From contig CAWJAS010000001.1 of the NCBI GenBank assembly GCA_963840935.1, positions 448,875 through 512,874 on the forward strand: a stretch of DNA of 64,000 bases, read 5' to 3'. The position numbers and the translations under genes were made by a program. The number at the start of each line of letters is the position of its first letter. Position 1 is the stretch's first letter. This DNA comes from Candidatus Magasanikiibacteriota bacterium. GTDB lineage: Bacteria > Patescibacteriota > Patescibacteriia > Magasanikbacterales > GWA2-37-8. Shown piece by piece: positions 20,312 to 29,841 of this stretch. The notes below the pieces were generated by a model. It had not been told where the DNA came from. It ran no database searches and saw nothing but the letters and a program-made list of their open reading frames with translations.

Positions 20312-21334
20312 ATGGACACGCCAATTTTTGAGAAAAAAAATGTTTTAGTAACGGGTGGAGCCGGTTTTATCGGTTCACATTTATGCGAGCGCTTGTTAAA
20401 AGAGGCAAAAGTGATTTGTCTTGATGATTTTTCAAATTCCGACCCGACTAACATAAATCATCTTTTGCAATATCCTGATTTTGAATTTATTAATCATGAT
20501 ATTACTAAGCCGTTTGACCCCGATGAATTTGACGAGCTTGATAAGTTCAAAGTCAAATTTCAGGGAATTCAAGAAATCTATCATTTGGCTTGCCCGACCA
20601 GTCCCAAAGATTTTGAAAGTTTAAAAATGAGAACTTTGGCTGCAAACTCCATTGCCATGTTTAATACTCTTGATTTAGCGATAAAGTACAAAGCAAAGTA
20701 TGTTTTTGGGTCTAGTTCGGTTGTATACGGCGATGTTCGCGATGACAATCCGTTATTTAAAGAATCTGACTATGGAATTGTTGATCACTTGTCTGAAAGA
20801 GGCTGTTACGACGAAGGTAAAAAGTTTGGCGAAACTTGCGTTGAAACATATCGGCAGGTTTATGGTGTTGATGCAAAAATTGCCAGAATTTTCACAACAT
20901 ACGGACCACGAATGCGATTATTCCAGGGTTTATTGATTCCTGATTTTATTTTGAGCGCCATTGCCGGTGAAAATTTGGTTATTTACGGGGATGAAAGTTT
21001 TTCCACGTCATTGTGCTATGTGGATGATATGATAAGCGGGTTAATAAAATTTATGGCGACCGGGCCTGAAACAAGAATAATAAATTTAGGCGATGACAAA
21101 ATTCACAGGATTGTGGATGTGGCAAAAATGATTATTGAAAAAACTAGCTCCAGTTCTTCTATTTCATTTGAAGAAGATTTAAAATTTTTAACCAAAAAAG
21201 GCGGAGCTGATTTGAGCTTTGTTAAAGACGCTCTGGGCTGGATGCCTTTGACCCGCTTGGAAGATGGATTGGATAAAACAATTGAGTATGTTATCGCCAA
21301 CAAGGAAACATTACTTTTTAATCATCGTTCGTAA
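20312..21334 (+). CDS. NAD-dependent epimerase/dehydratase, UDP-glucuronate decarboxylase-like
   Basis: TGGAGFIGSHL, YHLACPTSP, CYDEGK, RIFTTYGPRM. Confidence 0.9.
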   Translation: MDTPIFEKKNVLVTGGAGFIGSHLCERLLKEAKVICLDDFSNSDPTNINHLLQYPDFEFINHDITKPFDPDEFDELDKFKVKFQGIQEIYHLACPTSPKDFESLKMRTLAANSIAMFNTLDLAIKYKAKYVFGSSSVVYGDVRDDNPLFKESDYGIVDHLSERGCYDEGKKFGETCVETYRQVYGVDAKIARIFTTYGPRMRLFQGLLIPDFILSAIAGENLVIYGDESFSTSLCYVDDMISGLIKFMATGPETRIINLGDDKIHRIVDVAKMIIEKTSSSSSISFEEDLKFLTKKGGADLSFVKDALGWMPLTRLEDGLDKTIEYVIANKETLLFNHRS

Positions 21335-21346
21335 TTTCTAATTATC

Positions 21347-22009
21347 ATGTTGGCTGTTATAATACCGGCATATAATGAGGAAAAAAAAATAGGTCGCGTA
21401 TTGCGCGACCTTTTTGAACATGGTTATAAAAAAATTATTGTTGTTGATGATGGTTCAAGAGACGACACCGGTAAAATTGCGCAGGAAGAAGGGGCTGTGG
21501 TTATAACCCATGAGCTTAACAGGGGGCAAGGGGCGGCGCTTCAAACCGGAGATGATTATGCTGTTTTGACCGGTATTCAAACGGTGGTTCATTTTGATGC
21601 TGACGGCCAATTTGATGTTCGTGATATAAGCTATGCTCTTTCTATGCTCCAAGAAGGGGGGTATGACGCTATATTGGGCTCGCGCTTTATGGATAGGCGT
21701 TCAAGCGTGCCATTTTCAAAAAAGATGATAATTTTTCCAATCGCCAGATTAATTAATTTTTTATTAACCGGAATTTGGTTGACTGACGCGCATAACGGTT
21801 TTAGAATATTATCATCAAACGCCCTTAAAAAAATAAAAATCAAGCAAGATGGGATGGCGCATAATACCGAAATTGTTCGCCTTTTGAAAAAGAATAATCT
21901 AAAATTTTGTGAATGTCCGGTCAAGGTTACTTATCATGAATACGGCCAGAATTTATTCGGTGGCTTAAAAATATTATCGGATTTAATTAAATCAAAATTA
22001 TTTAATTAG
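21347..22009 (+). CDS. Glycosyltransferase family 2 (DPM1-like)
   Basis: IIPAYNEE, VVDDGSRD, NRGQGAA, FDADGQ, GSRF. Confidence 0.92.
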   Translation: MLAVIIPAYNEEKKIGRVLRDLFEHGYKKIIVVDDGSRDDTGKIAQEEGAVVITHELNRGQGAALQTGDDYAVLTGIQTVVHFDADGQFDVRDISYALSMLQEGGYDAILGSRFMDRRSSVPFSKKMIIFPIARLINFLLTGIWLTDAHNGFRILSSNALKKIKIKQDGMAHNTEIVRLLKKNNLKFCECPVKVTYHEYGQNLFGGLKILSDLIKSKLFN

Positions 22010-22013
22010 CATT

Positions 22014-22349
22014 ATGACTATTATCCAAATTTTATTACTAACCTTTTTTCTTTTTGCGGTAATAATAGCTTTTTTTCGGTTTAGAAGCAGTGATATAAAA
22101 TTTTTAACATTTTTATATTGGCTATCTTTCTGGCTGGTAGCTTCCGCAATTGTGGCGGTGCCGGATGCCACTTTTTATTTTGCGAACAAATTGGGGATAG
22201 GTCGAGGTTCTGATTTGATTGTCTATGTTTCTTTAGTTATAATTTTCTTTTTAATTTTTAGAATTATGGCTACAACCGAAAAACAAAAAAGAGAAATTAC
22301 CGAACTAACAAGAATTATCGCTTTAAAAAATAAAGATATTAACATATGA
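22014..22349 (+). CDS. Small membrane protein, DUF2304-like
   Basis: 3 TMs, 'ANKLGIGRGSDL', C-terminal 'ITELTRIIAL'; follows DPM1-like GT2. Confidence 0.75.
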   Translation: MTIIQILLLTFFLFAVIIAFFRFRSSDIKFLTFLYWLSFWLVASAIVAVPDATFYFANKLGIGRGSDLIVYVSLVIIFFLIFRIMATTEKQKREITELTRIIALKNKDINI

Positions 22350-23263
22350 GCGGAAGTAATCATGAAATAATTTTTCACGGTTCGCCGGACTCGCTTAGGA
22401 TGTATGCTAATAGCGCGTCACTTGAAAAAAGCAAAATTAATATTGTCGAATTGAAAGAAGAGGTTGACGCGGGAGAAAGCGAGCAAAGTATGTTGGCTCG
22501 TGAAAAGCAAGATAAATTGTTGTCTGATTTGAATGTTGCGTTTGAAGGTTTTTTTAACGGTATAAATTTGCCGGCTGAAGAAGTGCGTCCGGAGAATATG
22601 CATGTTATTCATGAGAAAAAATTTGAAAATGTAAAAAAAAGAGCCGGATCGCATGAATTATTAGGTGCTTTTGTGTATAACGGCGAAATATATATAAAAA
22701 ATGGCAATCCGAATGATATTATGCATGATTTATCTCATGCCATGATGCATACATTTTCAGGGTCAAAAAAATTGGTTAATGTTGAGGCGGAAGAGGGAAC
22801 GCCGTATTTATTTGTTTCCGAATGTAATTTAAAGTCAGGTTTTGAGCTGTCTAACGATAAAGGAAAAATATTAGGAAGGGGATTGAACGAAGCAATAACT
22901 GAAATTGGAGCTACAATGGCAAAGGCCTCCTATTTAGACAAAATCGGCCAAGACGCAAGTGTTATAAGGGAAATAAATTATTTACCCCAAGTATTTGTTC
23001 TCCAGGACTTGGCTGAAATAATGAATCCGGAAAATGTTGAAGAGGCATATGCCGAGTTTTTTAAAGGTTATATTGACAACAGTTCGCGTATTTGGAAATT
23101 ATTAAGTAAAACTTTTAAAGAGCATGGTATTGAGGACGGGCTAAAGAGCCTATTAAAAATGGATTTATCGGTGAATTCCGCGATCGAAACAGCAAAAAAA
23201 TTGGGTTTTACAAGAGCATTGGATAAAATTAAGCAGATTCAGAAGTCGGGATTAAAAAAATAA
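22346..23263 (+). CDS. Hypothetical protein with degenerate zincin-like motif
   Basis: HAMMH in place of HExxH plus downstream GLNEAITE. Confidence 0.6.
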   Translation: MSGSNHEIIFHGSPDSLRMYANSASLEKSKINIVELKEEVDAGESEQSMLAREKQDKLLSDLNVAFEGFFNGINLPAEEVRPENMHVIHEKKFENVKKRAGSHELLGAFVYNGEIYIKNGNPNDIMHDLSHAMMHTFSGSKKLVNVEAEEGTPYLFVSECNLKSGFELSNDKGKILGRGLNEAITEIGATMAKASYLDKIGQDASVIREINYLPQVFVLQDLAEIMNPENVEEAYAEFFKGYIDNSSRIWKLLSKTFKEHGIEDGLKSLLKMDLSVNSAIETAKKLGFTRALDKIKQIQKSGLKK

Positions 23264-23269
23264 AAAAAT

Positions 23270-24145
23270 ATGTCTCCAGATAAATACAGTGCCATTTGGG
23301 TTTCTCATAGTTCAATAAATGATTTTTTGACTTGCCCCCGGTCTTATTATTTAAAAAATGTTTACAGAGACCCGAAGACCCATCAGAAAATAAAATTAAT
23401 CAGTCCGGCATTGGCACTTGGTCAAATAGCTCATGAAGTATTAGAATCATTATCTGGCTTGCCAAAGAATCAGCGCTTATCGGAATCGTTAGTTGAAAAG
23501 TTTAACAAGGCTTGGAATAAGGTTTCCGGTAAAAAGGGTGGATTTGAGAATAGCGATATTGAATACCGGTACAAAATAAGAGGAGAAGAAATGATGCGAA
23601 AAATAATGTCAAATCCGGGACCTATTGCTGAATTATCGGTTAAAATAGATATGGATCTTCCTTTTTTTTGGTTGTCGGAAGAAGAAAATCTTATTTTGTG
23701 CGGGAAGATTGATTGGTTGCAATATTTGCCGGAAACCGATAGCGTGCACATAATTGATTTTAAAACCGGTCGAGTAGAAGAATCTGCCGAATCATTGCAA
23801 TTGCCGATTTATCGTTTGCTTGTAAATTATTGTCAAAAAAGACCGGCGAGCAAAGCCAGTTATTGGTATTTGGATCGCGAAGAAAATGGGTTGGTCGAAA
23901 AACAATTGCCGGATTTGGCGGGGGCAAAAGATAAAGTATTGGATATTGCCAGAAAAATAAAAATGGCAAGGCAGATTGATCGTTTTAAATGTCCTAATGG
24001 CGATGAAGGATGTTTTGCTTGCCGACCGTTTGAAACGATTATCCAAGGAGGAGCCGAATTGGTTGGCCAAGATGATTATGGTGCTCACGTATATGTGATT
24101 AGCGGAGGTCTTCAGGATGAAAATCGAGAAGGAATTGTTTTGTAA
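23270..24145 (+). CDS. PD-(D/E)XK nuclease family (AddB/Cas4-like)
   Basis: SHSSINDFLTCPRSYY, GKIDW, IIDFKTG, QLPIY, C-terminal C..C..C. Confidence 0.85.
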   Translation: MSPDKYSAIWVSHSSINDFLTCPRSYYLKNVYRDPKTHQKIKLISPALALGQIAHEVLESLSGLPKNQRLSESLVEKFNKAWNKVSGKKGGFENSDIEYRYKIRGEEMMRKIMSNPGPIAELSVKIDMDLPFFWLSEEENLILCGKIDWLQYLPETDSVHIIDFKTGRVEESAESLQLPIYRLLVNYCQKRPASKASYWYLDREENGLVEKQLPDLAGAKDKVLDIARKIKMARQIDRFKCPNGDEGCFACRPFETIIQGGAELVGQDDYGAHVYVISGGLQDENREGIVL

Positions 24146-24156
24146 TTTTTTATAAA

Positions 24157-25284
24157 ATGAAAATAGCGCATTTAGTCTCTACTTTTCCACCGCACATAGG
24201 AGGTATGGGCGTTGTTTGCGCTGAAGAAGTATCACGCCAGGTTGCTGTTAATCCGGTTACAGTTTTAACATTGTCGTATCCGGGCAATGAATATAGTGAT
24301 GATAAATTTATGCCTTTTGACATTAAAAGGTTAAAACCCGTAATAAAATGCGGTGACGCGGGTTGGATTATAAATTTGGAAAAACACCTTAAAGGCGTCG
24401 ATATTGTTCATTTGCATTATCCTTTCTACGGCGCGCTTGGTTCGTTAAAAAAATGTAAAAAATTATATGGTTTTTCTTTGGTAATAACTTATCACATGGA
24501 CCCGCAAAGCAAGGGGATTAAAAAATTTTTTCAGAACATTTATGACATTTTTTATTCAAAAAAAATATTTGAATTGGCCGACAAAGTTTTAGCCGTTGAT
24601 TTGGATCATTTTTTACAATCTAAATTCGGCCGTTTTATCGGTAAAGAGAAATTCGCATTATTAAATAACGGCGTTGATTCAAAAATTTTTTCCTCGGGCG
24701 GTTTGGCCGAGTGGCCGGCCATTTCACCAAAGCGTGATTTGCTAAAAAATAAAAAAACTATTTTATTTGTCGGTAATTTTTTGGCGGTAAAAAATACGAA
24801 TGTAATTATTGATGCTTTGCCTATGGTTCAAAAGGATGTTATGTTTGCCATTGTCGGCGGGGGTTATGACGAGAAGAAGTTAATAAAAAAAATAGAGAAA
24901 ATGAATTTGCAAAATCGCATCGTGTTTTTGGGAAATAAAATGTCGCGTGTTCAGTTGGCCGAATGTTACAGGGCGGCCGATATTGTTGTGGTGCCTTCAT
25001 TATCAGAATCTTTTTCGCTCGTCGCTCTTGAAGCGATGTCGTGCGGAGCGATTGTGGTTTCGAGCGATTCCCCGGGCATGGAAAACAGAATTAAGAACGG
25101 AGTAAACGGATATATTATTAAAGACAACAGCGCCAAAGAATGGGCGAAACAAATCGAGGAAATTTTTAATTATGATATGCAGTCAAAAATTGAAATAAAA
25201 AAAAGGGCTCGAGAAACTGCTGTGGAATTTGATTGGCAAAAACATTGTAATATTTTGAACGGTATTTATCGCACAGTAATATAA
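24157..25284 (+). CDS. Glycosyltransferase family 4
   Basis: FPPHIGG, NGVD, PSLSESFSLVALEAMSCG. Confidence 0.92.
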   Translation: MKIAHLVSTFPPHIGGMGVVCAEEVSRQVAVNPVTVLTLSYPGNEYSDDKFMPFDIKRLKPVIKCGDAGWIINLEKHLKGVDIVHLHYPFYGALGSLKKCKKLYGFSLVITYHMDPQSKGIKKFFQNIYDIFYSKKIFELADKVLAVDLDHFLQSKFGRFIGKEKFALLNNGVDSKIFSSGGLAEWPAISPKRDLLKNKKTILFVGNFLAVKNTNVIIDALPMVQKDVMFAIVGGGYDEKKLIKKIEKMNLQNRIVFLGNKMSRVQLAECYRAADIVVVPSLSESFSLVALEAMSCGAIVVSSDSPGMENRIKNGVNGYIIKDNSAKEWAKQIEEIFNYDMQSKIEIKKRARETAVEFDWQKHCNILNGIYRTVI

Positions 25285-25286
25285 TT

Positions 25287-26102
25287 ATGAATTTTGATTA
25301 TAATAAATGTATTTGGGGTAAAAACACGGCCACATTAAAATGTTCCAATTCCTCGTCTATAAGGTTAAAAAGAGTTATTCAAATGGCCGTTGAATTGCCG
25401 GCCGGATCGAAAATTTTGGAAGTCGGTTGTGGTGGTGGTGCTTTTATTCGTGCTATTTCCATTCTTAGACCTGATTTGTGTTGTTTTGGGTGCGATATTA
25501 GCAGTACGGCCATACAACAAGCGCAAAATGTCTCTAATTCTATTGATTACGCTGTTTGCGGTGAAAAAACTCTACCTTATGATGAAAATACTTATGATGC
25601 GGTATTCATCATAGACGTGCTCGAACATGTTTTTGAACCTGAAAATTTAGTAAAAGAAATATACCGAATTATTAAGCCCGGAGGGCTATATTTTTCTTTT
25701 GTTCCTTGTGAAAATGACGGAACTTCGCTTTGGAAATATTTGGATATGTTTGGATTGAAGAAAGATGTAACAAAAAAGCATGCCGGTCATATAAATTATT
25801 TTTCCAGAAAAGAGTTATTTGATTTGTATGGGAGAATAAAATTTAATATTAAAAAAATTTCCTATTCAGAACATTTTTTTGGGCAAATACTCGGGGTTTT
25901 TTCTTTTTTCGCCATGGAAAAATTTGCCAAAAAAAATCATTTGTCACAGGTGAATAATGAAATATTTTTTGACGCCATTAATTCGAAGAAAAAAGGATGG
26001 CGCAATTTTTTTCGAACACTAGTTAACTCTTTGATTTATTTGGAATCATCATTATTTTATTACCTTCCTTCGCCTAATGTTTTTATAATTGCCATAAAAT
26101 AA
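25287..26102 (+). CDS. Class I SAM-dependent methyltransferase
   Basis: ILEVGCGGG, GCDIS, DVLEHV, IIKPGG. Confidence 0.9.
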   Translation: MNFDYNKCIWGKNTATLKCSNSSSIRLKRVIQMAVELPAGSKILEVGCGGGAFIRAISILRPDLCCFGCDISSTAIQQAQNVSNSIDYAVCGEKTLPYDENTYDAVFIIDVLEHVFEPENLVKEIYRIIKPGGLYFSFVPCENDGTSLWKYLDMFGLKKDVTKKHAGHINYFSRKELFDLYGRIKFNIKKISYSEHFFGQILGVFSFFAMEKFAKKNHLSQVNNEIFFDAINSKKKGWRNFFRTLVNSLIYLESSLFYYLPSPNVFIIAIK

Positions 26103-26103
26103 C

Positions 26104-26736
26104 ATGAAAATACTGCACATAATTCCCTCAGCGTTTGATTATTTTAATGACATCAAAGAAAAAGCAATGTCACTGGCTGAAAAACAAAAAGAACTCGGTT
26201 TTTCGGTTGAAGCTTTTACAGTACAATATCACGGGTTAACCCCCAAACAAGCGGCGGAAAGTTCTTTGCAAGCGCCGCTTTTGCATTTTAGCGGAGTTTA
26301 TAACACTGAAGAAGTAATTTCTGAATTATCTGATTTTGATATTATTCATTTTCATGCGCCATTTTTGGGAATAGTAGGAAAAATTTGCGGTTTGTTAAAA
26401 AGCAAGGCGAACAAAAGTAAAATTGTTATTAGTTATTGGCGTAATCCTATAATTAATGATTTATTTTCCGTTTATATTTATTTATATAATCGTTTCTATA
26501 TTCCCAGGCTATCTGCATTGTCTGACGCTCAAATGTTCATGGGAGCCGACGGTTCTCGCATGGCTGATATTAAAAAATGGATCAAAAATGTGAATAATAT
26601 TACTGATTTTGGCGACGAACAGGCTGTAAATAATAATATCCCCTTGACACCTGACGGTAATAGGATAAAATTAGACATAAGAAATAAGGAGGCGATTATC
26701 TGCTTATCAGTTTATAATAACTTAATAAATAATTAA
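26104..26736 (+). CDS. GT4 N-terminal-domain-like protein (no C-terminal domain)
   Basis: MKILHI, DFDIIHFHAPF; no E-x7-E motif; only 210 aa. Confidence 0.55.
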   Translation: MKILHIIPSAFDYFNDIKEKAMSLAEKQKELGFSVEAFTVQYHGLTPKQAAESSLQAPLLHFSGVYNTEEVISELSDFDIIHFHAPFLGIVGKICGLLKSKANKSKIVISYWRNPIINDLFSVYIYLYNRFYIPRLSALSDAQMFMGADGSRMADIKKWIKNVNNITDFGDEQAVNNNIPLTPDGNRIKLDIRNKEAIICLSVYNNLINN

Positions 26737-26747
26737 TTAATATTTTT

Positions 26748-27578
26748 ATGGATCACGCAGAAAAAAAGAAGTTTTTTGAGTTATTGGAGCCAAAAAGCGC
26801 ATTGTTAGTGGGTTTGATAACAGGTTTTTTAGCGATTTGCACCATTGGTTTTATTGTTTTGAGCGCCTTGGCATTGTCTGGAGGAATAAATTGTTCCGCC
26901 AAAGCCGTGAAGGACGCTAAATTGGCTGTTGATGGTGCGGGGCAAATGGCTACACCCGAAGTTCCAAAAAGCGATAAACCTGACGTTGAATTATTTGTGA
27001 TGTCGTATTGTCCTTATGGTTTACAGATGCAAAAGGCTTATTATCCGGTTTTAGAGTTATTGGGCAAGTCGGCAAATTTTGAAGTAAAATTTGTTGATTA
27101 TATTATGCACGATAAAGTTGAGATTGATGAAAATACGAGACAATATTGCATCCAAAAAGAACAATCGGCAAAATATTTGGCATACATAAAATGTTTTACC
27201 GCAAAAGATGACTCGAAAGGTTGCCTTAAGGAAGCCGGTATAAATGAAAGCCAAGTTAATAAATGCATAACCGGCGCCGATAAGGAATTTGGAATTACGG
27301 CAAAGTACGAAGATGAATCAAGTTGGTTAAGCGGAGTTTATCCGATTTATCCGGTGCATAGTGATTTGAATGAAAAATATGGAGTTGCCGGCTCACCAAC
27401 GCTTGTAATTAACGGTGTTCAGGTTGATATTTCAAGAAGTCCGGAAGCTGTTAAACAAGCAGTCTGCGCGGCTTTCAACAACGCGCCTGGCGAGTGCGAG
27501 ACTCAACTTAGTACTCAAAGCGCTTCACCAAGCTTTGGAACGGCTGTGGGTGCAAATACAGATGCAAGTTGCGGTTAA
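26748..27578 (+). CDS. Membrane-anchored thioredoxin/DsbA-fold protein
   Basis: N-terminal TM, LFVMSYCPYG, YGVAGSPTLVING (cis-Pro loop). Confidence 0.75.
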   Translation: MDHAEKKKFFELLEPKSALLVGLITGFLAICTIGFIVLSALALSGGINCSAKAVKDAKLAVDGAGQMATPEVPKSDKPDVELFVMSYCPYGLQMQKAYYPVLELLGKSANFEVKFVDYIMHDKVEIDENTRQYCIQKEQSAKYLAYIKCFTAKDDSKGCLKEAGINESQVNKCITGADKEFGITAKYEDESSWLSGVYPIYPVHSDLNEKYGVAGSPTLVINGVQVDISRSPEAVKQAVCAAFNNAPGECETQLSTQSASPSFGTAVGANTDASCG

Positions 27579-27602
27579 CAAATAATCTATTAATATATTA
27601 AT

Positions 27603-27911
27603 ATGGGAAGATTTAAAAAAGGTTTAGTGGTTGGTGGTTTATTGGGAGCCGGACTTATGTGGCTTAATGCCACTGTAAAAGGCAAAGAATATAGAGCAAA
27701 AATATTAGCCCATCTGGACCCTTTGTATAATGAACTGAAAGAAAGTATAAAAAAACTTGAAGGGCCGACCAAAGAAATGTGGGACGCTTTGGTGGAGAGA
27801 GCGGTTGAAGAATATGGAGCAAAAAAGGAGTTGGCGATGGATATTAAGAATAACCTTATTAAAGAATTGCAAAAAAAATGGGAAAATCTGGAGAGCGAAA
27901 TTAGAAAATAA
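27603..27911 (+). CDS. YtxH-like small protein
   Basis: GRFKKGLVVGGLLGAGL then helical charged region. Confidence 0.6.
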   Translation: MGRFKKGLVVGGLLGAGLMWLNATVKGKEYRAKILAHLDPLYNELKESIKKLEGPTKEMWDALVERAVEEYGAKKELAMDIKNNLIKELQKKWENLESEIRK

Positions 27912-27922
27912 AATTACAAATT

Positions 27923-27956
27923 AAAAAACAACCTCTGTTATTAAAGGTTGTTTTTT
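27923..27956. terminator. Bidirectional intrinsic terminator
   Basis: aaaaaacaacct...aggttgtttttt between convergent genes. Confidence 0.7.
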
Positions 27957-29736
27957 AATTTATTTTTTTTAAATCCTTTACAGCCAGTTGCAATTCGCGG
28001 TTTCCGTTCCATTCATTGACGCTTACCGTAAAAGCAATGTCAATTTTGTCACCCGGAGATAAAATATTTTTCCAATCAGACGGATGTTTTGTTGTGTTGC
28101 CAAAACCAAAAGCAATTAATTTTTTAACTATATTTGTGTTGTGTTTAACAGATAAGCGAAGGTGCTTTCCTTCTTGTCCCACTGGGCTGATTTCGATGAC
28201 GGTGATGTTTTTAGCCGCGTAAATCGGTTCTTCATTACCGACCCCGAATGGTTCAAATTTTTGCAATAGGTCATAAAGTTTCCAGTCAACATTTTCCAAA
28301 CTAATTTCCGCATCAATAAAAATTTGAGGTGTTAAGTCTTCCTTTTCGATTTTTATTTTTGCCAGTTCAATCATTCTTTTTTTGAAGTCCTCGATTAGTT
28401 CCGTTTGCTTAAGAGAAAATCCACAGGCCATGGGATGCCCGCCATATTTGGAAAAAAGATCATCCATTGATTGAAGAGCATTCATTATATTAAACTGCGG
28501 AATGCTCCTGGCGGAACCGGCAATCTCGATACCATTTATAAGACCCATGGCAAAAGCCGGTTTTCCAAAATTATCTTTTAATTTTCCGGAGATCAGTCCG
28601 GCCAAGCCGAGCGGTAAGTCGCTGTTATAATAAAATAAAACCGGGTTATCTGTTTGTTTTGTTTCTTTAATGTGTTTTATTGCGGAATTTACGTATTGTT
28701 CGGTAATTTTTTGTCTGTCCGTGTTATTTTTGCCCAGTTGCTCCGCGGTTTCTTTGACTTCCGCGCTATCTTCGGTTGAAAGAAGAATAAATGCCGTATT
28801 GGCATGGTCCATCCTACCGGCTGCGTTCAATCTGGGAACAATTTGATAGCTGACAGTTTCTGAATTAATATTACCTTTTTTTGGCGCGCCTTTTTCGTTA
28901 AAAATCGAAGCGTTTATCAGGAGTTGTTTTAATCCGATGTTTTTTGTTTTGTTCAACACAGTTAAGCCGTATTTTGTTAGAGTTCTTGATTCGCCAATAA
29001 GCGGTACCATATCTCCGATGGTGGCAATGGCGACGAGGTCAAGAAGCCATTTTTCGAATCCCTCGTGCGATTGTTCATCGAACAACGCATTGTTATTTTT
29101 TTTATGTTCATTTAAAAGACCTTGGGAAAGTTTGAATGCCACGGCTGCTCCAGACAAACCTTTATCGGGATATTTACTTCCTGGCAAATCAGTGTGAATT
29201 ATCGCATCAGCCGGCGGAAGTTTTTTTGGAGGCGTGTGGTGGTCGGTGACAACCACTTTGATTCTATTATTCTTTAAATTTTCAATTTCTTTGTAGTTAG
29301 ATATTCCGCAATCACAAGTAATTAATAAATCAATTTTTTGTTCAATAAATAATTCCGCGGTATTAGGGTTAATGCCATACCCGTCATCTTGTCGATGGGG
29401 GATAAAGACATCAAGATTTTTAGCACCCAGTGATTTTAATGTGTTAATCAAAATAACAGAAGCGCAAACTCCGTCCGCGTCATAGTCGCCGTGAACAATT
29501 ATTTTTTTATTGTCTTTAATCGCGGTTAATATTATTTTTACCGCCTTTTTCATGTCATCAAATAAAATCGGGTCGTGCACGTCGGTTGAGTAATCGGGGT
29601 TCAAAAATTCGTCAATTTTTTCTTGAGTCTGTAAATTACGGTTCCATAAAAGACGCGCTACAATAGGAGGTAGTTCTGGATGTGAGTTTATAAAATTTTC
29701 CGGTGGTTCCGGATAAACAATCCATTTTTTAATCAT
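27955..29736 (-). CDS. recJ: ssDNA exonuclease RecJ
   Basis: HGDYDADG, TCDCG, TDHH, PRLNAAGRM, GSARS, GGHPMACG. Confidence 0.97.
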   Translation of the reverse strand: MIKKWIVYPEPPENFINSHPELPPIVARLLWNRNLQTQEKIDEFLNPDYSTDVHDPILFDDMKKAVKIILTAIKDNKKIIVHGDYDADGVCASVILINTLKSLGAKNLDVFIPHRQDDGYGINPNTAELFIEQKIDLLITCDCGISNYKEIENLKNNRIKVVVTDHHTPPKKLPPADAIIHTDLPGSKYPDKGLSGAAVAFKLSQGLLNEHKKNNNALFDEQSHEGFEKWLLDLVAIATIGDMVPLIGESRTLTKYGLTVLNKTKNIGLKQLLINASIFNEKGAPKKGNINSETVSYQIVPRLNAAGRMDHANTAFILLSTEDSAEVKETAEQLGKNNTDRQKITEQYVNSAIKHIKETKQTDNPVLFYYNSDLPLGLAGLISGKLKDNFGKPAFAMGLINGIEIAGSARSIPQFNIMNALQSMDDLFSKYGGHPMACGFSLKQTELIEDFKKRMIELAKIKIEKEDLTPQIFIDAEISLENVDWKLYDLLQKFEPFGVGNEEPIYAAKNITVIEISPVGQEGKHLRLSVKHNTNIVKKLIAFGFGNTTKHPSDWKNILSPGDKIDIAFTVSVNEWNGNRELQLAVKDLKKIN

Positions 29737-29740
29737 AATA

Positions 29741-29839
29741 CTAGAACATGAACGCCGGCATCACAGTAAAGATAACCATTGCCGCTACGGCAAACAAAGC
29801 GATAACAATCCACAGATTTTTTGCTGTTTTATGCTTCAT
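29741..29839 (-). CDS. 32-aa single-TM microprotein; not in ORF track
   Basis: MKHKTAKNLWIVIALFAVAAMVIFTVMPAFMF fills the lepA-recJ gap almost exactly (2 and 4 nt spacers). Confidence 0.65.
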   Translation of the reverse strand: MKHKTAKNLWIVIALFAVAAMVIFTVMPAFMF

Positions 29840-29841
29840 AA

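Noticed and set aside
23270-24145. Cas4 of a CRISPR system
   Set aside because: No cas1/cas2 or array in the window; treated as a solo PD-(D/E)XK nuclease
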